In this document: positions 1 through 10,187 of the stretch, one piece after another
How positions within the stretch are numbered: the stretch's first letter is position 1
Layout of the letters: each line of letters starts with the position of its first letter
Source: Felis catus
Lineage: Eukaryota
Assembly (NCBI RefSeq): GCF_018350175.1
Contig: NC_058373.1
Location: 116,066,001-116,130,000, forward strand
Length of the DNA stretch: 64,000 nucleotides
Direction of reading: 5' to 3'
Position numbers and translations under genes: made by a program
Notes under the pieces: model-generated
What the model saw: only the letters and a program-made list of their open reading frames with translations
What the model was told of the DNA's origin: nothing
Databases searched by the model: none

Positions 1-178
1 CCAGAACAACATAACGGACCAACACAGGAACTTTGTCTCTGGCTTCAGAACTGGCACCAGTGAGTGAGTCTCCCAAGAAACTATCCCTGGGATGAGCATG
101 TGTGTATCGGAAACTGGTCTGGCCACGTCCAGACCCCGGGTAGGAGATGGATGCCATCAACAGGTGCTGGTTTCTGCC

Positions 179-184
179 TTTATT
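179..184 (-). terminator. Candidate proximal polyadenylation signal AATAAA
   Basis: tttatt on the plus strand equals AATAAA on the mRNA strand, about 750 nt after the stop. The downstream GU element is weak. Confidence 0.3.
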
Positions 185-806
185 TGTGTGTTTCCGAAAG
201 GAACAAGGGCAGACTCTGTTACCCTCTTTGCTGCCACTCGACTCTGTTTTTCCTAATTCCCTCTCCTCCCCCCAGGTCCCCTTACCCCTGTGGGGCTCAA
301 ATAAATAAGCGGGGCACCTGGAAGGGCAGGCGGGTAAGTAACAGGTCCCTCAACTCCTACGTCCCACACTGGGGCACCTTGCCTTCAGTCCTCCAGCGGG
401 CACGTAAGGGCTTAGGGCACAGAAAAGCGTGTATCTCACACCAGATGAGACTCTGATTCATGGGTGCTGGGGAAGAATGTGGAAGAGGAGCAAAATCAAT
501 CACAGATCATCCAATACTGGTGTTTGGGAAGGCTGAACTCAGGGCTAACAAAAGGACTCCGGGACAGGCTCCAGGCTTACCCAGGGGGCTGAGGAGAGGG
601 GGCAGCAGACGGATTTGGCTGAGTGACCCTGCAGAGTCACCGTAAAGGCGAGGAAGACTGTGGAGGGTGGGGGACATGCACGCACCCCGCCCTCCCCTAC
701 ACAGCCAGAGCTGATGGCCGCAGCCCCTTCCAGTGGACATGGGTAGAAAGGCCCTACAGGGCAGGGGACCCTCTGAAGTGGCCCTGCTTCCATCCCTTCC
801 ACCTTC

Positions 807-826
807 AAAGTGCATTATCAGTGCAA
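807..826 (-). promoter_or_regulatory. 3' UTR miRNA seed-match cluster: miR-148/152 8mer, miR-130/301 7mer-m8, miR-17 family 7mer-m8
   Basis: mRNA strand reads UUGCACUGAUAAUGCACUUU. Confidence 0.6.
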
Positions 827-933
827 GAAGTAGGGCTGGATTTCAGGGGGTCCAACTCCGAGAAAGGGCTGTGCCAGCCAGCTCCCCCCATCTCCTCCTG
901 CTTCCCCCTTGCCCGCCCCCAACCCTTTTCGTG

Positions 934-1418
934 TTAAGACCAGAACTCTTGCTGAATCTCATAAGGGGCGGGCCTGTGTGTGTTCAGTTCGGCTCTGCAC
1001 AGCGGCACGGTGCTGTCCTGACTCTGGCCCTCTGCGTCCAGGTCCAGAAGCGTCCGCTCAGCAGGGGGCAGCGGCCCCGCTTGGAACGGGAGCAGGGCCG
1101 GGAGTCCGGGCCGCTCATCCACAGTGCTGCTGCTGCTAGCGAAGCAGGAGTCCAGGTTGCTGGGTGTCTCCGTGCTGGAGCTGTTGGCTGGAGAGGCGCT
1201 ACGGGCATGGCTGGGGGACACAAACCACCAAGGGTCCAGCCGTTGCCGGTTGGCAGAAGGACGTGGCCGAGGCAGAAACTCCAGGGTCTTGGGTCTCTCC
1301 AGGGTAGAATCCTGCTGTGTGTTCCAGCGCCTTGGGGTCGGGGGAAAGACCACATTGGGGTCAGGGAGACGGGGGAATTCACCTGGGTCTCGGCTGGGGC
1401 TGGGGGTTTTCAACATTC
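934..1418 (-). CDS. MAP3K9: MAP3K9 terminal coding exon (about exon 12, 485 nt including stop)
   Basis: Encodes (G)[21 protein letters not shown]...[14 protein letters not shown]...[19 protein letters not shown]...EIQQEFWS*. Acceptor ctctttgcccag|GA, TAA at 936-934. Confidence 0.97.
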
Positions 1419-1529
1419 CTGGGCAAAGAGACAGAGGGAGAGGCATCAGGTGATGGCACACATTTCTAGACCAGATAGACACTGCTCCCTCCCCATACCT
1501 GCCACATCCCTATTCACCTGGAATAACAC

Positions 1530-1625
1530 AAGCAACAAATATTTAAGCAGCACCTACTACGTGCAGCGGAGTGTGCTGGGAGGCACTGGGGATACAACAG
1601 TGAACTAGAAGGCCATGATCACTGT
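1530..1625 (-). mobile_element. L2 LINE 3' remnant
   Basis: caacaaatatttaagcagcacctactacgtgc...gcactggggatacaacagtgaac resembles the reverse complement of the L2 3' end. Confidence 0.6.
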
Positions 1626-1679
1626 CTCCGATAATAAAATAAGAAGAGGACATACGGGGGTCACATCCGTAATGAAAAA

Positions 1680-1860
1680 CCTACGATCCATGGGCCACCC
1701 TGTGGTCTGCAAAACAAGTTGTATTGTAACACAGCCGCACCTACGGCTTGTTCTCCCACGACAGCAGCAGTGTTGAGTAATTACAACGGAGACCGCACGA
1801 CCCCAAAAGCTTAAAATATTTACTGTCTGGCCCTTTATCGAGAAAGTTTGCTGACCCCTG
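1680..1860 (+). mobile_element. MER58A-like hAT-Charlie MITE
   Basis: Ends aaaatatttactgtctggccctttatcgagaaagtttgctgacccctg, typical of MER58. Confidence 0.7.
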
Positions 1861-2712
1861 ACGTAAGGAAGTGTCTGTTTATTTCCGGTTCATCCATTTA
1901 ATAAACATGTGAGGCCAGAACAAATCTAGGTCTCACTTCCCAAAGAGGACACATACCTGAGTACAATAAAAAAATCTAAAGCCGAAAGGGAAAATACAAT
2001 TGTCATTTACACTCAAAATCTCCCTGAAATCCCAGTCGCCATCTCCTCTCCTACTGGGTGAGAGGGGTTGCAAAGTCAGGTTTCGGTCTTCTAGGGAGCA
2101 AGTGACAGTGGCAGGAAAAGACAGGGATGTGGACACCCAGGTGGCTCAGCGTCAGACAGGGAAGGCGAGCTCATGCACAGGCACAGATACAGGAATGTAT
2201 CTGGATTCGGAGTCAGGCACGAACAAGGGATGAGCGATACAGGCAGGATGCCTGGGAGGAAGTTTGCCCACGAGTAGGTCTGTACTAAGCTGTAATCACA
2301 GGCAAGAGCCCAGCTACGTGGCACAAATACCCCTCCTGTATGAGTGTCGCATTCCTTCTGGTAACTTTTGTCTCCACTTCAGGGAAGGAGCACAGCTCGG
2401 CTCCTGCCCCTCCTATGCCCTGAAGGCACTGCACTGTGCCCTCCAAGACCCAGGGCCTGAACATCCTACAGGAGCCCTGGGTCCGATTCTTCCCAGAACC
2501 TGTGGTCTACCTTCACTCCTCAAGGAAGCCCCCTGCCGAGGCACAGGACAGAGAGAAATCAGTCGGCCTGGCCATCTCTCTAACCCCAGGGCAGCACGTC
2601 CTGGTGGGCCGAGTCAGAGGAGGAACTGTCATTCTAATTTTGCCATTCACTCCAACCTTGCCACACCCGGGAGGCCCAAGAGCAGGAAAGAGAAAAGGAG
2701 GACGGGACTCAC

Positions 2713-3516
2713 CTGTTCCTGGGCTGGGGCTCAACCCATTGCTGGAGGGGCTCCTGCTGGCTAGGAGAGCCGCTGGCTTGAGGGCCCCGTCAGAAGGAGT
2801 CCGCCGGTGACCACTGGGCTGCGTAGGGGCCGTAAGGGTGACGTGGGTAGGAGTCAGGGACTGGTTAGGGTCTCGCTTGAAGCGTTCCACTCGGACGTTG
2901 ACCAGGGGGTTGTGGGTGCAAGGGGTCAGGGGTGGGGCTTCAACCGGACTGATGGGCATCTCGTACACCACGATCTCGTCACTGTCGGAACGCAGCAGGG
3001 AGCGGGTGGAGTTGCACTCCGAGATGGAGGAGAGAGAAAGCAGCGTGAGGGAGGCAGAGGGGTCTCCTAGCAACAGCATGGGCTCCTCCTTCTTGAAGAG
3101 CTTCCGGGATGGGGGGCTGGTGCTCCGACGAGGACGGCTGGCCCTCTGGAAAAGACCCTCACGCCTCTTCTTCTCCTCCCGGGCTGGTGGCTCAGGCTCC
3201 TCTGGGGGAAGCAGCTGGCACTTGCCAGCTTCGAGCAGGTCAAAGCCCAGGCCTGTGGCCGCGAGAACAGCCCCACAGCCAAGCAGAGCCACCTCACAAC
3301 GGCGGTGGTGGGTGCCACCCCGCTTGAGGCTGTTAGTTGGCGTCAGCTGAGGGGTACTGGTGGCTGAATTGACTGGGGTGGGCTCCTCGTGGACTCCATC
3401 ACTGGAGGGGCCCTCCCCATCCTCTCCTCGAGGGAACGGGATACAGAGGTAGGACTGGTTGGGTGAATGCTGTAGACGACTCTCCCCACTCCTGGGGCCT
3501 TCGCTGTCCTCATCCT
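2713..3516 (-). CDS. MAP3K9: MAP3K9 coding exon (about exon 11, 804 nt): Ser/Pro-rich C-terminal region
   Basis: Lies within ORF 2513..3529 and encodes (E)DEDSEGP...SLSSISECNSTRSLLRSDSDE...SPSPGT. Acceptor tttgtcatctccag|AG, donor G|gtgagt. Confidence 0.96.
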
Positions 3517-4492
3517 CTGGAGATGACAAAAATGGCAGGGTGTGGGGGACAGGAAACGGGAATGAGGCAGCAAGAGTAAGAATCTCATCCTTCTCCCCAA
3601 CCCTGGGCCTCCTGGTGGATTTTCAGGAGTGCAAGGGTCAAACAGTCTCACAGGCAGGATAAGACTGGGCATTGAACCCACAGGGCTTTACCCCTCCACA
3701 CTCAACCGTGGCCAGTATGAGGCAATCACTCTCCATTCCAGAGCCTATTTTCCTGTGTGCAGACAAATCTGCTAATTTCCTACTTCTTGCATTGGGATCC
3801 TCAACACAAGAGGTACAGTGTGTGAGTTTCCTAGAATAGTGGGTAGAACAGAAACATCCCTAATGGTTTTGCACCTTAAAACTGGAAGGGACCTTGAATT
3901 TCTACAACAGTGGCCTAGAGGCCGGTCTCAAGACCAGTGTCCCGCAACGGACTGGAATCCTCTACATGGGTGAAGGCCCATCTACGCTGTAGACTGACCT
4001 ACTAAGACTTGGAAATCTTCAGAGAGAAGAGGACATCCTATGTGAGAGAGAGAGGGAGCCTGGAGAAGACCTTACCCATTCAGCAATCACAGGCAACTGG
4101 AAGGCTTCCTTAGAGAAAGACCACAGTGTCTTCCACCACCATCTCCTGTCTTGCAGACTCCCCACGTTAAAATACAAAGAGACCCAAGCAGATGGAGGCG
4201 CCTGATTCAAGTCCTCACCCTCTGCACTGCCCTAAGGGGACTACAACCGGCGCCCTGGGATAGGAGGCCAAGGGCAGGCTCCATGGCAGCGGTGGGAACA
4301 AACTGTGATTTGGGAAGGTTTGATGCAATGGGAGTAGAGCCAATGAAGAGGGAACAGGGTGAGGGCCCAGGAGTTGGGTCAAAGAGGAGACAATCCCCAT
4401 GAGGTGGTACTAGGAGTCCTCAAACACTCCCAGAAGCTTGGCCAGAAGTTCCCTGAGGGAACAGGGACAGTCAGGACAAGGGCCATGCTTAC

Positions 4493-4605
4493 CCATCTCC
4501 ATAAGGCTGGTGAACCCTGGCAGGGCTGGGCTACTCCTCGGGCCCTTCCCCAGGTTGGGGGCACTGGACGACCACTGTTTATATCCATCTACCAGGGACT
4601 TGAGG
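4493..4605 (-). CDS. MAP3K9: MAP3K9 coding exon (about exon 10, 113 nt); absent from the ORF track
   Basis: Read manually: [37 protein letters not shown], containing the MLK-conserved WSSSAPNL. Acceptor tttcctcctatttag|C, donor G|gtaagc. Confidence 0.95.
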
Positions 4606-6019
4606 CTAAATAGGAGGAAATGGGGGAACTGTTAGAACTGGTGACTTCCCTTACTCCACCCTCACCTCCAGGGGCCCATGGAAACGTCTCTTTCTGTGTG
4701 CTTAATTCCACCAAAGCCCAAGAGTCTCGGGGTAACGAACATTACTGGGTCCCCTCGTGTCACAAACAGAAGTGCACATGCTCCGGGAAAAGAAAAGCAG
4801 GGCCATGAACCCACCCCTTCACATGCTGCTACGGCGCTGTGGAAAGATCTAGCAGGCAGGCCGGCAAGAAGACAGGAAGAATGAGGACTGCCCAGCACTG
4901 GCCAGGGTCTTGCCTGAGCCCACCTTAAGGCAGAGACGATCACTCCAGGACACTGTGTCCAGCACACTGCTGACATCAGAGACACTGCAATTCGAAGCCT
5001 TGTGATCCCAGGCGAGCCCTGGGCAGATGAGCTAGCAGGGATGGGCCATTTCTCAACTTCTCCTTCCAAGCTCACGGCATGCTTAGGCAACTTTCCAAGC
5101 CATCCACTTTTCAAAAACAAAAATCAGCCAACAAAGCTGCACCAAAGCAGTGCACTTTGGGACAGACCTATGTGGGTAGTACAGAATGCTGCACTCGAGC
5201 CCCTGGTTTGTCTGGGAATGAAGAGGAAAAGGGCAGGAGCTTGCTTTCAAGTCCCTGTGATGAGCTCACACCTGCCAGCCAGTAACTCTGAGGATCCTGA
5301 CTGGGCACCCCATCAACCCCCTTTACGATGGGGGAATCAGAGGCCCAGAAGCACTGGTCTTTTCTCCAATGGACAACGAAGAGAGAAGGCTGAGGACTCC
5401 GTGGGTTATGGCTGCCTTGGACATACCAGGATTATAACCAGAGGTGGCTCTCATTTTAGGGCCAGGAAAAGCTGTTCAGCTAAAGCCCACTCTTCCCGGT
5501 CCATCTCGAGGGAGAGAGAGGGACCAACTTTTCCCCCTCACTTCAGATCTCCATTTCAAGTGCTGTCAGAAACACCAGTGAATTCAAGTATATTCCGGCC
5601 ACCATTGGTTTCAACCAAAATACAGAGCCAGGGATAAGCATGCTAACCAAACCCGCAGCCTGGGACTTTTAGCTGATGATCTTATAACATCACCTCCAGC
5701 TCTGAGTTCAAGGGGAATCCAGATTAGCAAAGTCAAAGCCAGTGCTAAAGTTCAAAGCATAAATAGTCATGTACTGCCCCCTAAAACTAAGGGTGTCAGG
5801 AGGATCCCCACAACGGGAGTGGTCAGAGAAGTGAGGAGAGGGAAAGTCAGACCAACACAGGAATTTCCCAGGGTGCACGATGGTACTGCTTTAAAGGAAA
5901 AAAATCGGCATAGCCTTGGCAATAATGAGGTTTGATTCTATCGGATGTGCTGGGAGGACAAGGAAATGGAAGGGGACTATTACGAACACATTTGATGAAA
6001 GGGTGAAGATTAGACTCAC

Positions 6020-6088
6020 CCCAGGTGGAAATGTGGAGACTCTGATGGGGTACTTAAACCATTAGCTTTCTCACGTCTCTGAGGGGAT
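6020..6088 (-). CDS. MAP3K9: MAP3K9 69-nt frame-preserving exon (about exon 9), probable cassette exon; absent from the ORF track
   Basis: Read manually: SPQRREKANGLSTPSESPHFHL(G). Acceptor ttttctttattcattgaag|A, donor GG|gtgagt, phase 2 at both ends. Peptide matches human MLK1 as I recall it. Confidence 0.9.
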
Positions 6089-6585
6089 CTTCAATGAATA
6101 AAGAAAATCAGTAGTAGGTGACAGTGGGTACATCCAATTCAGTATCTCCCACATGACTCTAGCTACATTGGTAGCTGCCCTCCTCTGGCCCGGTAAGCAA
6201 AGCCCACGCGATGAAGGAATCCTAACAAGGAGACCCAGGACCTCCCAATCTGTGGGACAAAGGTCCTTGAGCAGCCACAGCATAACTGCAGAGGCCGCGT
6301 GAACCCACAGATACCCAAGCTATCTACAAGCAAGTGCATACGTTTCCTACAGATATGTACTCGTTTTTTAAAGGATGTATAGTCACTTAACATTACTGAA
6401 TTCAATATAGCTTTTTGTTGTTAGGGATTATTTTCTTCCGTTGATAGGGGCTAAAATTAGAAATATTATCACACAGAGGCTCCCAAAATTTCTGACGTTA
6501 AAGAAGCCTTTACTCGAGAATGAACAGAATATACTTTATTTCTTCAACGGGAATGGAGGATCATAAAAAATTCAAGTCATATTTT

Positions 6586-6752
6586 GGGGCGCCTGGGTGG
6601 CTCAGTCAGTTAAGCGTCCGACTCTTGATTTTGGCTCAGGTCATGATCTCACAGTTTTTGAGCTCGAGTCCCACATTGGGCTCTATGCTGACAGTGCAGA
6701 GCCTGCTTGGGATTCTGTCTCGCCTTCTCTCTGCCCCTCCCCTCCCCCACCT
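6586..6752 (+). mobile_element. CAN-SINE, 3' truncated
   Basis: Head ggggcgcctgggtggctcagtcagttaagcgtccg with A/B boxes; no poly-A tail. Confidence 0.9.
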
Positions 6753-7429
6753 CTATGAAATGCTTCAGTAGTTTTGAGGACACATCTATGCAAGGAGGAA
6801 GAAAATTCAAAGTTAATATTTTGAAACATGAAGCAAAGTTAATTTACTAAACAAGACGAAAAACATCTATAAATGAAGCAGAACCAGAGAAGCTACTGAA
6901 ATGTCAGAAACATCCAGGGATTCAGCGTGACTGACTTTCAGACCCATCCTAACCCTACTCTACCCCAGGGCTCGAAGGAATCCAAACTGAGGGAGATCCT
7001 GCCTCTACAGGACCTAGCACAGCAGAGCAATTCACCATTCCTCGAGGACCATCATCGAGCCCTCACAGAGCTCAGGCAGTTCACCCTATGGACCTAAATT
7101 TTCTATTCCAAGGTATTTGTGATTTCTAAAGCCTGGCTTCGGAGTCAATCCTTTTTGAATCAAATTGCTATTTTCGTTCTCAGCTCAGATCTGACATGAG
7201 AGAACAGATTTTGGACATGAAATCTTCTTAGTATTCGAAGGAAGACCAAGGCCACTTACAGGTTCGGGCACAAGTTCAGGAAAGTCTCTGAAAAGGGTGA
7301 AGGGGATTACTGCCTATTCTCACAGGCTCAGAAAAGTCAAAAAACAGGATTCTAGCCTCTAACACCAAGAAGAAGGTACGAAATAGAAAATGCACCAGGA
7401 GCAGGGAAGAACCATCACAGCAGGTATTA

Positions 7430-7630
7430 CAAATGCTTCCTATGAGCCCGCTAATCCTGTATGCACTTCCCAAAATGGACTTATTTAATCCTCACATCAA
7501 CCCCGATGGGTACTGGTATAACCGCCGATTTACAGACGAGGAAACACGAGGCCACACGGTGAGGCATGGCGGAGCCAGGATTCACGCCCAGGCAGCCTGG
7601 GGTCAGGGGTTATGCTCGCCACCACTACAC
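7430..7630 (-). mobile_element. MIR remnant
   Basis: Core motifs atttaatcctcacatcaacccc...tttacagacgaggaaacacgagg...ggagccaggattcacgcccaggcag. Confidence 0.7.
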
Positions 7631-8019
7631 GGTGAGCGACTGGCCTACGAAGAACTGGGACTTGAGAGAATTTAACTTGTAAGAACACAAGCACATCCAG
7701 GGCACGAAGCCGGGTCCCCTGCTTCGCTCAGAGGACGCGCTCACACCTGTCCGTGTAGCAATGAGGTGGGGCCTAAGAGAAGCTCCGGTTGGCCCTGGGG
7801 TCACATCTGAGTGTACTCGCTACCAGGGCTGGGTCATTCCACCTGCCCTTGCTTCGGGATAAGCCTCCAAGTCAAGAGAGGCCTGTAAGCCTTGCTCTTC
7901 CTTCTCTTGGCTCTGAGCGGATGTTTTAAGGGAAGAGCCGGGTACCAGTAGGACACCTGGCTGAACTCATCACATTTGGTTCATGCTTAATGTACCTGCA
8001 ACTCTGAGTCAGACCCCTA

Positions 8020-8249
8020 TAGGTGTCGGCAAACTACAACGAGGGGGCTAAATCCTGTCCATCACCTACCTTCGTAAAGTTTTACTGAATCGACATAGCC
8101 ACGCTCATTCATTTACAAAGTGCCCATGGTCTATGGCTGCCTTTGCACTACAACACAGGAGGTGAGTAATTGCAAAAGAGAGGATGTGACCCACAAAGCC
8201 TAAAATATTTATTATCTGACCCTTTACAGAAAACGTATGCTGAGCCCTG
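8020..8249 (+). mobile_element. MER58A-like hAT-Charlie MITE, near full length
   Basis: Starts taggtgtcggcaaacta and ends ccctttacagaaaacgtatgctgagccctg (degenerate terminal inverted repeats). Confidence 0.75.
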
Positions 8250-8407
8250 TCCTAGGAGGTTCAGGAAATGAGGACATTGGAAAACTGAAGCTTGTAATTT
8301 CTCAGAAAGCAATGAAACACAACAGAGGAGACGGTGTTTCATATCATAGTTTTAAAAGGGTATACCCATCTTTAAGTGGAAAGAATCTCTTACATTCTGG
8401 CTCTTAC

Positions 8408-8561
8408 CCTTCGTCTCCCGAGGCAAGCTCCTTCTGACCAAGTGTACTTGGCCCCCACGTCCGTCCTTTCTTCTTGGGGGCCCTCTTCTCCTCCTCCTCC
8501 CCTTCTTCTTTGGGGATGACTGAGTTCCGGCCCCAGGTTTTGCTGCTTTCACCTGGTGTCA
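8408..8561 (-). CDS. MAP3K9: MAP3K9 coding exon (about exon 8, 154 nt)
   Basis: Encodes (L)TPGESSKTWGRNSVIPKEEGEEEEKRAPKKKGRTWGPSTLGQKELASGDE(G). Acceptor ttttgttattcacag|TG, donor GG|gtaaga. Confidence 0.96.
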
Positions 8562-9383
8562 CTGTGAATAACAAAAGTTGGATGGGATCTGGAAAGAAAG
8601 GTAGACAGGGCCCCCCCCCGCCTCCAAAACTAGCCTCTACCTCACCAGACAGACACAGACACATGCGCACGTGGACACACACGCACGGAGTTACAGGGAA
8701 GAAGTCACACCTCCTCAAAAACTCTGTGCCCAAGTGGAGCCTTCAAGTCCTCAGCCACCAATCACTGAGCACTCGCAAAGTACCAAACATGGAAAAACTG
8801 CCCAGATTCTCGTAAGTCCAATGCAAAGCTGGAGCTCAGGCCAGCCAGACGGCAGAGTTCCAAACAGATCTGACTTAAAGAACTTGGTTTTGTTGGGTGG
8901 GACTGGACGGGGAGGGGCAGTGGGTGAGGAGTTAGGAAGAAGAGAAAAAATATAAGGGGGTAAGGAAGACTTGGAAGTGCAGAAAGGAATTGTAGGTAAG
9001 AAAGAAAGATAATGAGGAACTCAAGACTACGGAGAAGGAAGTCAGGAGTAGGGGAAGGGGAGGGAACAGGCCTAGAGAAATATACTAGGTAAGAGAGGAG
9101 GAACATTCTTCTGACATTGCTACCTTATAACAAGGGCTGAAACCCAAATGCTTCAGAGGCTTACATCATACATGAGTGAATGATTCCAGACACCAAAAAA
9201 TAGGGAGCTGAGGGGACTGAGGCAAAATACGGTGCATAAGGAAACTGCCATTGGTTCTAGCCAACTGCGGCCACGTGAAAAAGGGAATCCACTGATACGA
9301 ACCGATTTTTCAAGGATGGCCAGAAATCTAGGGCTTTTAAAAAAATGAAATCTCTATCTTTAAGTTAGGGGAACTACTTTGTT

Positions 9384-9423
9384 CATGTACACACACACAC
9401 ACACACACGTGTGTGTGTGTGCA
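9384..9423. repeat. (CA)n-(GT)n palindromic microsatellite
   Basis: catgtac(ac)n cg (tg)n ca, an uninterrupted purine/pyrimidine alternation. Confidence 0.95.
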
Positions 9424-9939
9424 AATTCTTTTCAGTAAACGCGGTGGTGAAAATAAAATCGGTCCCAATTTGGCCTATCACAAAGTCTTTGGCGAGTTTT
9501 CTTAGGAACTACACTTTGAAAACACCCTTCCCTGGGAAGCATGAACAAAAGAAAAACAGTGATGCCCCAAACATGGCGGAGAGTGCACAAGGTCCCTAGG
9601 CCAGGGTACCAACCAACCCAGGCCAGGTACCAGGGTATCTATATCACACACCAGTTTCCAAATTGCTTTGTAGTTCACTAAGGATCCCGTCGATACCCAC
9701 AACCCCCTTTGCTGGGATCTAAGAGTAAAAGGTAGAGGAGGCGGTAGTAAAGCTAATGGAGAGAGACAAGAAGGAGGGCTACGGGTTTGCGTACATATGT
9801 GCATGTATATACACATTGTCGAGGAGAGGTGGCAGAAGTTATGGATGGAGCAAGCCTGGGCCAGTCGGTGGCTGGACAGAGCAGGGGACAGGTGCCCCCG
9901 GTGTGTTCTGGCCCCAGCTAATTTGGGAAACAGTCTCAC

Positions 9940-10062
9940 ACTGGATGGCTCGAAGGCGAGGAATGATGGTGGGGCTCGCAGGAGGACTGGAGCGGCTGTT
10001 GGTGAGACTCTTCCTTTTATCCATGGTGGGGGAGGCCTGAACCGTGAACTTGTGCTGGAAAT
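9940..10062 (-). CDS. MAP3K9: MAP3K9 coding exon (about exon 7, 123 nt): rest of CRIB motif
   Basis: Encodes (D)FQHKFTVQASPTMDKRKSLTNSRSSPPASPTIIPRLRAIQ. Acceptor tttccccaagcag|AT, donor T|gtgaga. Confidence 0.96.
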
Positions 10063-10096
10063 CTGCTTGGGGAAACACAGACATGTGTGTGCATTA

Positions 10097-10187
10097 GCAT
10101 TTTCCCATACTCTAGTTCCTATGAGAAAAGTGAATGCATCCCCGCTAGACGCATTTTCCCATAATCTAGTTCCTATGAGAAAAGTGA
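10097..10187. repeat. Direct duplication of a 37-nt unit, period 54 nt
   Basis: gcattttcccata(c/a)tctagttcctatgagaaaagtga at 10097-10133 and 10151-10187, one mismatch. Confidence 0.95.

Larger units (their letters stand above)
1..933 (-). other. MAP3K9: Proximal 3' UTR of MAP3K9 (probably continues past the window edge)
   Basis: Directly follows the stop codon on the minus strand; no recognisable repeats. Confidence 0.85.

Noticed and set aside
733..1608. 291-aa plus-strand ORF
   Set aside because: Antisense shadow of the GC-rich terminal exon that runs into an L2 remnant; no recognisable domain.
2838..3350. 170-aa plus-strand ORF and neighbours
   Set aside because: Antisense or alternative-frame shadows of exon 11.
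4219..4305. Second possible cryptic exon in intron 10 (cacag ... gtgagg on the minus strand)
   Set aside because: Weaker donor, in-frame stop and no other support. I also could not identify an intact in-frame extra exon in this intron.
5002..5637. 211-aa plus-strand intronic ORF
   Set aside because: Non-ATG start, no recognisable domain, composition typical of non-coding DNA.
10097..10187. Palindromic 37-nt repeats with a spacer, superficially CRISPR-like
   Set aside because: Only two units, a 17-nt spacer, mammalian intron context and no cas genes.
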